DNA of 50,881 nucleotides, from positions 1 through 50,881 of the forward strand of contig NIVC01001056.1 of the NCBI GenBank assembly GCA_002269645.1, given 5' to 3'. The position numbers and the translations under genes were made by a program. This DNA comes from Macrostomum lignano (Eukaryota). This document shows, piece after piece, positions 1 through 11,924 of this stretch. The stretch's first letter is position 1; each line of letters begins with the position of its first letter. A model generated the notes under the pieces. The model saw only the letters and a program-made list of their open reading frames with translations. It was not told the origin of the DNA and did not search any database.

Positions 1-1
1 C

Positions 2-273
2 TGCTACCTGCTCTGCACTCTGCCCATCGCTCTGCTGAAACTGTCAATTTTCCTATTCGATTTGACTCGATCGAGAGACATGGCCAGCATGCGAACTTCT
101 ATCTGATCGAAGCTATCGCCGAGATGATTATGTACCTGAGCCACGTGGCTAATTTCTTTCTTTACGTTGCCTCCGCTCAACGATTTCGTCAGGAGCTTCG
201 CCAGACGCTTGCTGCCTGTCCGGCGCCCAGCAGTTCTGGGTGGCACCAATCAGTGTACGCCGACAGGCGGTAA
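2..273 (+). CDS. 3' part (TM6, TM7, helix 8) of a rhodopsin-family (class A) peptide GPCR; gene starts upstream of the window
   Basis: Manual translation. The frame starting at 2 gives CYLLCTLPIALLKLSIFLFDLTRSRDMAS (TM6-like CxLP). After a 1-nt slip near 90 it continues NFYLIEAIAEMIMYLSHVANFFLYVASAQRFRQELRQTL (TM7 NFFLY variant of NPxxY plus FRxEL helix 8), with stop TAA at 271-273. The tail may instead continue in the 167-481 frame. Not in the ORF track. Confidence 0.75.
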   Translation, partial: LPALHSAHRSAETVNFPIRFDSIERHGQHANFYLIEAIAEMIMYLSHVANFFLYVASAQRFRQELRQTLAACPAPSSSGWHQSVYADRR

Positions 274-932
274 GCAGACAGAGCGCCTTCCGTCAGTGCG
301 CACGGCGGCCGGCGGCCTGGACCGTCTGGAGCGGCAGTCCATCAGGCGGACCACAGAGTTGTCCCATTCGGCCATGCGAGCCGCTGCTGGACTCGCGAAC
401 GAAAGCCGCCAAGGTTCACTATTGAATATTGATTTAAAACTGGCATGGTCCGTGAAATTACGGTCAAAATGTACTTTATAAATTCATCGCGTGTTCCATT
501 GTTTTCCTAACCGTTGGCGAAAGCAGACAAGCGCATAATTTCTGGCTGTAATAGTTGAGCAGTTCCGGATATTTTAAAAATTTTGTTTGCTGCAGCAAAG
601 TCAATTAGAGCTTTTAGGAAAAATTTGTCTGTGTATATCTGTGTATCCGAGCTAAATCAGACCTTTTCCCCGATGGATGACAGCGGTCGATATTGACCCA
701 TGTTGACTATTAATCTCATTTTCCTAGAAATCTATCCATCATAAGTTTAAAGAATATTCAAAATGAGATATCTCGTAGATTTTCTTGATTTTCTACGTCT
801 ATAATTTTTGTTTTAATTAATTATAGATAGTCTGTCAGCAACAATAAGAACGAACGAGAAAAACAACGGTGTTTCGTCGTTTTATTTTTTTCAATTCAAG
901 ATTAAAAATGCTGTGACGAGAGTTCATTCAAC

Positions 933-995
933 GAGCTCAGCGGTAACACGTCTGAGTCTCTCGTGCCAAATACAGCCTGAGTTCGATTTCTAGCA
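933..995 (+). mobile_element. degenerate tRNA-derived SINE head
   Basis: A-box-like gagctcagcggtaacacg and B-box-like gagttcgatttc at tRNA-like spacing; no full cloverleaf. Confidence 0.35.
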
Positions 996-1901
996 TTTCT
1001 AAGTCTTGCTGGCCTCCCGCATCATCACCACTCAAGCGCTAACGACTCGACGTTAATTACGAGAGCCTATAAGTTTAAATCTGCTTTAGCTGGATCAAAT
1101 TCATTTTTCTTGATTTAGGTAACATTGTTCTTCAGCGCGCGTCCACAGGCCGTCCGGAACTGGCTGCCAGTGAGCATGAGTAGAGTTGGGAGGATTATCC
1201 ATAAATCTCCCGTTCTAGATTCAATCCCAAATCCTGCCCAGAAGTCCCAGAAGCTACTGTGTACAAAAGATTCCAGTAGGCTGCAGAGTTGAGACTCCGC
1301 TCAACGCAATCCGGCTGCACACACTTGGGCACGCACCGGGAATAAAGGTATTAACGCTAGCCCGGTCCCATTCCTGCATATGTGCTTGACTATCCGCTCG
1401 TGTCCACGCGATTAGAACGGGATGGTATGCTAATTCGGCTCGAGGATTAGCGTTAAGTATACTCATAGGCTTTTGTCTGGAGATTCGATTATATGGATGC
1501 GATGATGAGTTCGGAGGCAATGTCGGGTTTGCTGTGTCAGTTCGGACACTGAAGCAGGTGTGTTAGCAGATTAAGCTGCTTTCGTTTCCATGGTTTCGGT
1601 AATAACTCTACAAGGTCACCAAAGCAGACTGAGCTGCCACGCCTATTGCATTTTTGTGAGGGAGCCACTGCCGATGAAGCAATTCGCTTGCTTTGAGACA
1701 AATTTTCTGTTATTTATACGTATCTTACTTTTTCGGGTGATGACTCCTGTACATGCCATTGTAATTCAAGATCAAGCAATTACGACTGAAGTAGAATGAT
1801 GGAAAACTCAATTTCCCTAGACAAATATTTCGGCAGATATTTCAAGTTTTCATGTTTTCACGGGAAGCAGATCGAGTTGTTATCATTTATTAATGCTTTA
1901 T

Positions 1902-2832
1902 TAAGTGATGATGTGTCATCAATGAGTGACGCGGTATCATTAATGAGTAACGCTATGTCATAATGAGTGACGCGGTGTCATTAGTGAGTGATGATGTGTC
2001 ATCAATGAGTGACGCGGTGCCATTAATGAGTGACGCTGTGTCATTAATGAGTGACGCTGTGTCATTAATGAGTGACGCTGTGTCATTAATGAGTGACGCT
2101 GTGTCATTAATGAGTGACGCTGTATCATTAATGAGTGACGCTGTGTCATTAATGAGTGATGCTGTATCATTAATGAGTGACGCTGTGTCATTAATGAGTG
2201 ACGCTATGTCATAATGAGTGACGCTGTGTCATTAATGAGTGATGCTGTATCATTAATGAGTGATGCTGTATCATTAATGAGTGACGCTGTGTCATTAATG
2301 AGTGACGCTATGTCATAATGAGTGACGCTGTGTCATTAATGAGTGACGCTGTGTCATTAATGAGTGACGCTGTGTCATTAATGAGTGACGCTGTGTCATT
2401 AATGAGTGATGCTGTGTCATCAATGAGAAGTGACGCTGTGTCATTAATGAGTGACGCTGTGTCATTAATGAGTGACGCTGTGTCATAATGAGTGACGCTG
2501 TGTCATTAATGAGTGACGCTGTGTCATTAATGAGTGACGCTGTGTCATAATGAGTGACGCTGTGTCATTAATGAGTGACGCTGTGTCATTAATGAGTGAC
2601 GCTGTGTCATAATGAGTGACGCTATGTCATAATGAGTGACGCTGTGTCATTAATGAGTGACGCTGTGTCATTAATGAGTGACGCTGTGTCATCAATGTGA
2701 TGCTGTGTCATCAATGAGAAGTGACGCTGTGTCATTAATGAGTGACGCTGTGTCATTAATGAGTGACGCTGTGTCATTAATAAGTGACGCTGTGTAATTA
2801 ATGAGTGACGCTGTGTCATTAATGAGTGACGT
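1902..2832. repeat. 21-bp minisatellite (aatgagtgacgctgtgtcatt)n, about 44 copies
   Basis: Direct tandem units visible; source of spurious ORFs 1958-2214 and 2622-2870. Confidence 0.97.
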
Positions 2833-3831
2833 AAACATTCTCTAGACAAAAAATCTGTGAGCGACGCCAAAGTCCATTTTACAATTGGTTTCTCATTTCA
2901 TCTGCTGTGGTCTGCTTCCGATAAGTTTCTATTTCCGTTTTGCTTTTTTTCACACAAATTCAGCGATAAAATGCGAACGTATTTTTTCTAAGAATCAAAG
3001 TGTCCCATCTTTCTGTTAAATGTCAAATGGATCAGACCAAGGGTAAAAGTCTGGGTTTGATGAGATTACCAAATAGGAGAAATCTTGGGCATTGCTAGAA
3101 TAAACTGAAGGTTGCGAGGGTGAGAAGTCAATTTTTGGCAGTCAGAAGTCGTGCAGAATCTATATTTGTAGAGACCACAGATAATAAATACCTGTGGTCA
3201 GACCTTGTTTACTAATTGGTGCACAGAAATGGAACTACAGACAGTCCTGTCAGTATCCTGAGGAGCACCGCAGGCTAGTGCTCAGCTTTGCGTCCTCTTT
3301 GCCCTGCTTCCATCCGGTTTCCTGGGACGAGAGAAGGCCGTAGAGATGAATGAAACTTTTTCAAGGTTATTTTTTTCTCGCTACAGAGGTTGCGAGGTCG
3401 CAAGTAAAGAAAAACAAATTAGAAAGAGTTGGCCTCGAGAATCTGGGACACGGCGGAGCAGCTCCCCAGCCCCGAGCCCGGAGTCAGGCATGGCGATCGG
3501 AATTTCCTCTGCCGCTAATAGCGGCGGCTGTCTCAGTGGAGCAGGCGAGGCTGCGTATCAACAGCTCGACCAGGCAAATGTAGTCGCAGGATTTCAACTA
3601 AGAGGCACAAGCCGGCTTAATTGACTCTTTCCGAAGAAGGAAGAGTGGAATTTTTGTCTTGCCTGGCCCTTTTAACTTCTCCTCATCTTCAGGCTTCTGA
3701 CTGGGTTTTCCAATCAGACTGAGTTTCCTGTTTGCTTGTATTGAAGCATGACCGAAAGTCACACGACCTGCACTTTATTGGCAAAGAAATTTTGAGTACA
3801 AACAGGGGTGAGAGTTTTTAGTAAGTTTCTA

Positions 3832-4695
3832 CGAGGGCTGTCCAAAAGTAAAGTGTTACTTTTGATTATATCTCTCGTTCTGATGATCCAAATACATAAT
3901 TTCGCACAATTTTATTACGTCAACTCTCTTATTTATTAAATTTACGCTCCCAACATCTTTTAAAACAGACAATGGGGGTCGTCTGGAAGTGAGAATTCAT
4001 GGTAATGGCCATAGATAGACACGAGCGGCGATAGCATTTGACCATTACCATGGTTTCTCACTTCCAGCTAACTTCATTGGTCAATTTGTCCATCAGGATT
4101 CGAGTGGGTAGGGGATGGGGGTGTGGGGGCGAAGCCCCCCCTTACAACCATAGACTATTTTATTTGACGCTCATCGACTCGTTCGTTTTCTAAATGATAT
4201 CACGGTAAAATGCTTTATTGTCAATTTCAAACAATGACGCGGTCATTGCTTGAATGTCATTGGCTAAACGTAAATTACCATAGACATTTTGAACAATGGA
4301 AACAAAAGCTATGAACAAAATGTAACAGGAACTGGACTATTGACTTATATAGTAAGTCAACAATGGGAAATATTCTGCTGCTATAAAAGTTCTCTGTTTC
4401 TTCAAGTTTTTTCATAGATATGTCTTTGTCACAGCAGCCAAACAAAGAAGTCTGAGTGCTTTCAATAAAAGTACTTCGCTACTTTCCGATAACTTGTTGA
4501 CCTACTGTAAGCCTATGGTCAAGTTCCTGCTACATTTTTGTTCATAACTTTTTTTTCATAGTCTATTTTAAAAGATGTTAAATTTAATGCAAAGAAGAGA
4601 ATTCCGCTACGAGATTGTGCGAAGTAATGTTTTTTGTATCAACAGAAATAGAGATAAAATCAAAATTGTAACTCTACTTTTTACGACAGCCCTCG
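3832..4695. mobile_element. Tc1/mariner-type non-autonomous element (MITE), 864 bp
   Basis: Left end ta|CGAGGGCTGTCCAAAAGTAAAG. The right end reverse-complements to CGAGGGCTGTCGTAAAAAGTAGAG. TA at left and TT at right (degraded TA TSD). No transposase ORF inside. Confidence 0.7.
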
Positions 4696-5951
4696 TTCCA
4701 TAAGCCGTCAAAAATCACGCCACAATTAAAATGAATGGGCAGTCTTGTCTGCTAGAAACAAAACGGATCAAGCAATGATAAAATTTTGACGCAGACTGAA
4801 ACTGTGCAGCAGAAAAATGCACGGCCGCTCCGCCTGTCTGAGTGCCGCGGCTGGCAAGCCAATTAATCTATCGTCTCCGAGTTTGAGGCCCCGTTCTCGG
4901 AATCAGAGACCTCAGATTGAATCAGCTATGCCGTCAGCCAATGGCTAATCCAATTTCTACTGACTGCATCCGCATCGCCAGCTTTTGCCTCTCCGATCGA
5001 GCAGGCCATTAATGAAGACGGCGAGGCAGCCAAGTTTTTCTTATAAGAGATAAATTGAATGGAATAAAGCGCACAGCTTGTACTGTTAGAAGTCTTCAAT
5101 CTATAGACGCTGTGTAAAGAATTTCGCTGTATTCGCAGGGGTTGACAAGACGCATTTCCTGTCAGTATAATTGAAATAGAAAAATCAATGTCGCAAAAAG
5201 GCTGATTTCTGTCACGAATCACGAATTATGGAGTAAAATTACACGACGAAAACTGACACTTAAAAATGAATTGTGACTGAAAATGGATGCCCTTTGTTGC
5301 TTTTAAGACATTTTCTAACCAAAAAACGAGATTTAGAAATTTTTCTGAATTTTCAAGACGTACACCATTTGGAGGGAGCCAAAAGTGCCTAAATAAAAAC
5401 GTTAATTAACGGACTTGAATAGGCAATCAAAATTCACGCAAAAATAACGCTAAATTATAGGGTTGAGTTCACAACCATCAGGTTCCAGTCCGATCCAGAT
5501 TTTTCTTGAGTTGTTCATCAGCCATGCTGGTTTGCGGTCAGTACATGTAGCTATTCAACTGAAAGAGTTCTCAAAAAAGCCGGACGAACCGGACGAATTC
5601 GGGTCTTAGAACGGAACTGAATTGAAACCTGATGACAGTGATACTTAATTTTTATGCTTTCCAACCGTATTACTAATAGTAATACTCGTAAGACCAGTTT
5701 GTATAATTTTTAGTTAGGCTTTAGAAGCCGATGGGTCCATCTGGCCCAGCCGGCCACTTCGCCGACGCCGCCGTCGGCAGCGAGTCTCCACTCGGAGCTG
5801 GCGATTCACGCTTGTGAGCGTCCGCCTGATGCAGCAGTCGCTGAGGTTTGGCTGCAGAATTCAGAGATAGGCAACGAAATTTTTGTGACAATATCAGAAA
5901 CAGTACCAATAGTATACCGAAAGATAGTTGCCTAGTTGGCAGTGGATTGTT

Positions 5952-8900
5952 TCAGAAGCTTCGGTGACTCACCAATCGGCGCTTGCAATCCTCCAAGCCC
6001 TGTCGCAGCGACGGCAAAGCAGCGATGACACTGCGCTCTCGTTGAATAATAGCGGCCAGAATGTTACCGTCTGAGCAGAACTGCAAGGCCATCGCCAAGT
6101 CGAGAGCGTCAATGTGCTGGTCGTGCAGCAGTTCTTCAAACCAGCGCTGCGACTCGCCTTGAGCTTGGTTGGGGATGAGTTCCAGGCTGAGCCACTTGAG
6201 CAGGGTGTCAAAGTTCATGAAGAACCTGTTGCCATAAAAAAGCATTTTCTGCGGAAAGTTTATTCGAGCCAAAGCTGGGAGAAAACTCAGCTCGGGTCGT
6301 TTATCGAAACGAAAGCAGAACCTGTAGCTTGCATCCACTGCGACAAATTTCTTTTCCAAATACTCAAAAACGCCCGACACAGTGGCCTCTTTTTGTCTCT
6401 TGACAACAGTTCGGCTGACCCTGTGGTGAAGCGCCAATCTCAGCGTGTGCAAGGCATCTTCACGCTTGTCATTCTTCAGTTGGGCCATCGCTCGAAAACT
6501 TTCTCGCATAGCGAATGCAAAGTCTGGTATGCTGTTGATAAGCGACATCGATATATGCGAGTCGCTTGCTAAACCTCGCAGCAGAGTCCAAGCCGCTGGA
6601 TAAAGATCCAGAAAGCTGGTTATCTTAAAATCCGATTGCAGTTCGTAGGTTACAGGTATCAATGTGAATGGGTGAAACTGATGGTAGTCCGAGTGACTCG
6701 TAGGTACCAGCTGGTCCATGAGCGTTATCAATGGTTGGCGAAGATTGTTTGTTGTGCTAACTATCGCCTTATATATGTCTTGCTTTGTCGAGTGGCCTTT
6801 GCGCAAGTAGACGGCGGCTTGGGGCGCAAAGAAGTGCGGCAGACACTCGTGCTCTCCCCCTGCTGCAGACCAGCGAGCAGAATTCCCAAAGCCTTCTTGA
6901 TCAGTTGCAGCAGATTTGATGGGTGCCATTCCTCAGCTGGACTCTCGTGTATCATGCGAAACATTAAAGTCTTCGCGACGTAAGTCTTGAGCCCGCTCAC
7001 TGTCTTGGACAGGTGTCGCTTGATGATAAACTTCAGTATAACGAATAGTTGACCCTGCAGCGTGCTGAAGCCGCGAATCATCAGCCTCTCCAAAAATGTT
7101 GTGCTGAGTCTCAGCCATTCACCCTCTCTGTCCGGAGGCGCCGCTCTGACCAGGTGGCACGGGGACGCAGGCTTATGAACAGAATGAGCCGGTGATGCTT
7201 GACGGGCCTTGGCTTGAAGTACTTCGTTTCGTAGCGCTTCAAGCATGTCCTTTGGAATGTGAGTGGCTCGACCAGGTGTCAGCACGTCTATGTCTGGATA
7301 GCAACAAGCCCTCACTGAATTCACGTAATCCATAGCTGGCGATTGCAGCGTTCGCAACTGAGGATTGCTGGGGTTCGCAGCTGAAAGACAGAGAAATTGC
7401 CAGAATATGAAATGTAATTGCTTTTTAAAACGTCTGGGTACAACAGTACAGGATAAACAGGACATTATACGATAAAAAAGCTGATTGTGGATGAGCTTAC
7501 TAGCAGCCCGAAACCGAGCGTAGCCGCCTTCGTACGTCAATAGTTTCTCGGAATCAGGCGCCGGGCACTGGCAGTAGCCAACAAGATGCAGCTCAACTGG
7601 CAGAATCTCCGTATAGTCTATGTCGGAATCTTCGTCAATGCCACCGTCCAGACTTGTTAGAGAGCTTCCCCCCCTCGCTGTAGCTGCCAACTACATTTAT
7701 ACAGGTATTGGGCTTTAATTTCCGAACTATTTGTTGTAGAACATCTGCCTGCGCCTGTTGAGTGACGGAGCCGTCTCTTGTAAAGCCCGAGCAGCAAAGA
7801 GACTCAAATAGCAGTTGACTAAACTGATGATCATCCGAAATTTTGGCTCTATAATGATTGAAATAACTCGTATGTAATAGTAATTTGGGTTGTGAGCACC
7901 ATGGAACACCGGGCAGCGTCCGCTGCCCATTCTGCTTTGAGCACATACAAGCACGCGAATACTGTACGCAAACACACAGTCGTACACACGCCTTGGCCTT
8001 GGGGTTTGGCCCTCATGGATGGATGTGAGTTGCACGCCAACCTCCCGCCAATTGTTGTGCACACAAGCCCCAAATAAATATTGCACGGAATCAACCAGTG
8101 GGTCTGGCGCAAGAATCGAGAGTGAGCTACTCTTGCCCGACCCCCTGTTCAAATACTCACTACTCATTCATACTTATTCAAATTCTTACTACGAATTACT
8201 CAAGCTATAACTAAATTATACCCTCTTACTATTCCAGAGGACCGTGTCCTTTTTAATACCTTGTCAAAATCGAAGAATGGTTGAAACTCGAGTTTCTCTT
8301 TGTGGCTCGATGCAAGCAGCTAGTTGCCAGTTGCATGCACGACTTTGGCACAATCCGTCTCAGTGCCTTTGCATCAACGTGCAGGACGCTTAAGAATTGC
8401 AGGGCGTTGCCGGAGAGACCGTAGAAAAGAGAGGCCGACAACGCCGCTTCAATGTAGTTCACAGAAGCGTCGGAAAGTAGCAGGCTCAATACCTCAGGCT
8501 GAGTACAGTGCCCGCCGCCACAGTAAGTGGAGTGTTCCCTACATTGTTTTCCAAGTTCACATCGGCCCCGGCCATCAGCAGCACTCTGAGCGCATCTTTA
8601 TGGCCCCGCCTTGCAGCACGGTGAATGGCCGAATCTCCAGCCTCATCCTGTGCATTTACCGATGCACGGGCTTGAAGCAGAACTTGGATTATGCTTGCGT
8701 GCCCGTTCTCGGCGGCCAGGTGAAGCGGTGCTGCACCTGTGTTGCTGAGGGCATCGACTTGGGCGTCGATTTTAATTAGAAACTGAACCAGATCAAGATG
8801 CCCGTTCTCAGCGGCCTTGTGCAGAGGTGTGAATCCGATGCTGTTCCAGTGGTTCACCTCTGCTCCAGCCAGGTGCAGCCTTTCAACGACAGAGGTGTAG

Positions 8901-9429
8901 CCGAACCAGCAAGCCGCGTAGAGCGGGCACGAACCATTTCTGTTAGGCAAGTGAAGATCAGGTCCCGCCCGCAGCAGAATCTCTAGCACGCTGTGTTGTC
9001 CATATTGAGCCAAGATTAGCAGCGGCGACGAGAGATCGTTTCTCCTCAAGTCGACGTCAGCTCCGGCCGCTAGCAGGCACCGAACAACGTCAACGTGTCC
9101 TGTCTGAACCGCGATCAGCAGCGGACCTGACCGTCCAGACAACGGAGGTCCGGATTAGCGCCGGCTTCCAGTAGCTTCTCAACAGCTGCGTCGCCTCCTG
9201 CCTTAGCCGCTGCAAACAGAGGAGTTGCTCCATCAGTCTGCGGACAATCCAACTGAGCCCCAGCATCTATTAGTAGCGTCATCACTTCCACGAAACCAAG
9301 CTGACTAGCCACCCACAGCGGCGTCCGACCAAATGAGTCTCGAGTGTCCGGGTCTGCTCCGGACTTCAGCAGCGATTTCACGGTGTCTTCATGGCGATGG
9401 CGGCAGGCGCGGTGTAGCTCGGATTCCAT
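5952..9429 (-). CDS. ankyrin-repeat (about 10) + Mab-21/cGAS-like nucleotidyltransferase (cGLR) fusion protein with C-terminal helical extension; frameshifted as assembled
   Basis: ORFs 9115-9429 and 8486-9142 give consecutive ankyrin repeats (TPLW/TPLF/TPLH..AA..GH). A GT-AG intron at 8145-8259 is phase-consistent. The NTase motif VVGSYSEG..(frameshift in G7 run near 7680)..SSLTSLDGGIDEDSDIDY follows, then third acidic residue PAMDYV, CHLV..WLRLSTTFLE, GLKTYVAKTLMF..W and CLPHFFAP (Mab-21 lobe motifs). Frameshifts near 9125, 8505, 7860, 7680 and 6850. Confidence 0.82.
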
Positions 9430-10011
9430 CTGCTGGAGTCAGCTAGACTTTACTTACCGGATCGGCGATTTAGTCTGCTGTTTTATTGCTATTTATGCTT
9501 TTTTATTAACATATCTTGTTTATTGCTATTTCTATTTTTATTCCACTTGAAATTATAAAATCTAAGTCAGTTTACGAGCATACTTCACAGTGCATGTTTA
9601 TGGCGCTTGCAGTTGCAGTTCTAAAAATACTCATTATGATTATGAGTATGATTACAAGGTACTTCGGCCAAGTACGTCAGGTATCCGCATGTAGTATGTA
9701 CGTTAATTTTGCTGCATTAAAGGCATTCCACTCCCTCTCCTATTGTTTGTTGTGACTGTTGTCAGGCAACGACGCTACAGCTAGAGTTTTTGGATTGGAT
9801 TTACTTCACTTATCATACAAAAAGAATGAGTAATTTGAATTAATAAATACACAATAATTATGCTGTGTTTGATATTCTATAGCGTTTTCTGCGTGCTGCT
9901 CGAAACCTTATCTTATCTCTTAGCGCGTGCAAAAGTGGCAAAAACGCGTATTAACTTTCCGTTCCGCATAGGCTAAGATATAAAATAACGGCATAGTTTA
10001 AAATATACGAG

Positions 10012-11071
10012 TAGAGCCCGATCACAATAGTCCGGGATTCGAAAATCCCGGGATTGACCATCGGGATCCCGATTCCGCTTCATAATTCAATCATTCATTC
10101 TCGAGTAGTAGTATCTGCAGCTGAGATACTGTACTTGTCAGGTGAAAATCATAACCTAGTTGTCCTGCTTTAATTTATTAATGTTTTAAGTATGCAGGCT
10201 AGAGAGTAGAAGTAGTCGCCAGTTTTTGAAAGGCGAATTTCGACGTCAGTGACTTTTACCGCCGGCCCCGGGAGGCTATGGGGCTGCAGGGATGCAAAAC
10301 AGAAGCTGCTGGCAGATCGTAAAGAGATTTTAAGGTGTAATGAACGTTCTCTGTGCATATGGTACTCGCATATTAATGTATAATGATAATTTTTTTAATT
10401 CCTCATTGTTTGCGATCACACAGCGCTTGCCAGGTGGTCTCGACCTTGCGCAGATCAGAAGCCCCCCTTATGCGAAAGACTTCACTCTCAGCATTGTGAG
10501 GACACCCTTTAGATGTCCAGCACAGGGTGTGGCACAACTACAAGGCAGTCCCTACCTTCAAAAACTCCTTGGCCGTACCCTTAGTTGGGATTAGAACAGT
10601 TGGACTTTTTTCATTTGACCACACACAACCAAATCTACCTATTTTCCAATGGGGTGCCCTTGGGAGGGTGGAGGTCTGAATCATGATGGTCCCCTTCTGC
10701 CCTGGTATCAGTACCTCGGGCCATAGCTCTGTTCATTAAGCTATATCATTCCTCAGATTACATCACAATCAAGTGTGATTTTCCTGAGTTGATACTGGCA
10801 TGTAAAAAAGTACGTCTATTACGCCAGCCCGTAGGCCGAACATGTACATCACACTCCAATTCAGAGCTCACCGTCAGTTCTATGGTTTGCAAAATATTTT
10901 ATTCTGTTCTATTGAAAGCCCTTTAAAATCAGATTAGATGGCTTTGTAAACCGAAATCGCACCAACAAAGATTAACGGGATTGACAAGGTCCAGGATATC
11001 CTGATCTCGAGAATCCCGGGATTTTCGAAGTCCGGGATATCCCGATCCCGAGTCCGTGATTGGCAAATCTA
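10012..11071. mobile_element. MITE-like element with imperfect TIRs and ATCCCGGGAT-type subterminal repeats
   Basis: Ends TAGAGCCCGATCAC / GTGATTGGCAAATCTA. The inverted pair tcgaaaatcccgggatt (about 10038) and aatcccggggattttcga (about 11011) is present, with multiple gggat/atccc motifs at both ends. TSD not resolved. Confidence 0.5.
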
Positions 11072-11924
11072 GGGATTTAATTGTATTCCCTAGTTGCATA
11101 TGCAAGCAGCACCTTTTTCAATGACCTTGAAATGAAATTCGGCAGGAATGCAAACTGAAATATTGATGGACCGAAAATAAAAAACTTTCTAAGGCCCCAC
11201 AAATTAGTGAATATGATCGATCACATCATGATTTGTGTTTGCGCAGAAATGCTCAGTTTTTGCTTGTATATGAAATGAAACAAGCGTTTATCAGGCTGAA
11301 AATTTGAAGAATGTTTTCCATGAATTTTAACCATTAGTCAGAACAAATATAAAATAAATAAATTTGATTTCTTTTCCAACTGGATCTCAACAGAACTGTA
11401 ATATACATTAATGCATTAATAATATTGCATCCAGGATGCATGCATTGATGCAATTTTCTGGAAAAAAATTAATGGGTTCGCATTTAGCAAAAGACAAAAG
11501 CAGTTTATAACATAAGATAATCTGTAAAAACAGTTTTCTGCTTTAAATACTATGCATGAGAAAGAGAACACCAGCTGCAACTTAAGATTTTTTATACTGC
11601 TTTACGCTAAAAGTTTTCCTCGAAAGTAGTAGGCCTGCAGTTTGTTCTCTTAAAATCAAATCAAATCAAATCTGTTAAACAGAGAGAGAGAATATCTGCT
11701 GTTAAAATATTTTTTAAAACCTGCACTTGGCTGGTCAGCAGTGTAAACACTTATGCGGTTTTAAAATTACAAGCGAAAGGGATCAGCCAGACAAATAATC
11801 GACAGGCCTCACCTCAGACCGTAGTTAAGATTTAACCTTTAAATTTCTCGAAATCAATTTTCTATAGGCCTCCTAATATTTTTGGCTGCCCAATAAGCTA
11901 AGCTAACTAAGGTCGGATCAGGCC

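Noticed and set aside
3346-3624. Short ORFs 3346-3624 and 4926-5222
   Set aside because: No domain signature or splice support.
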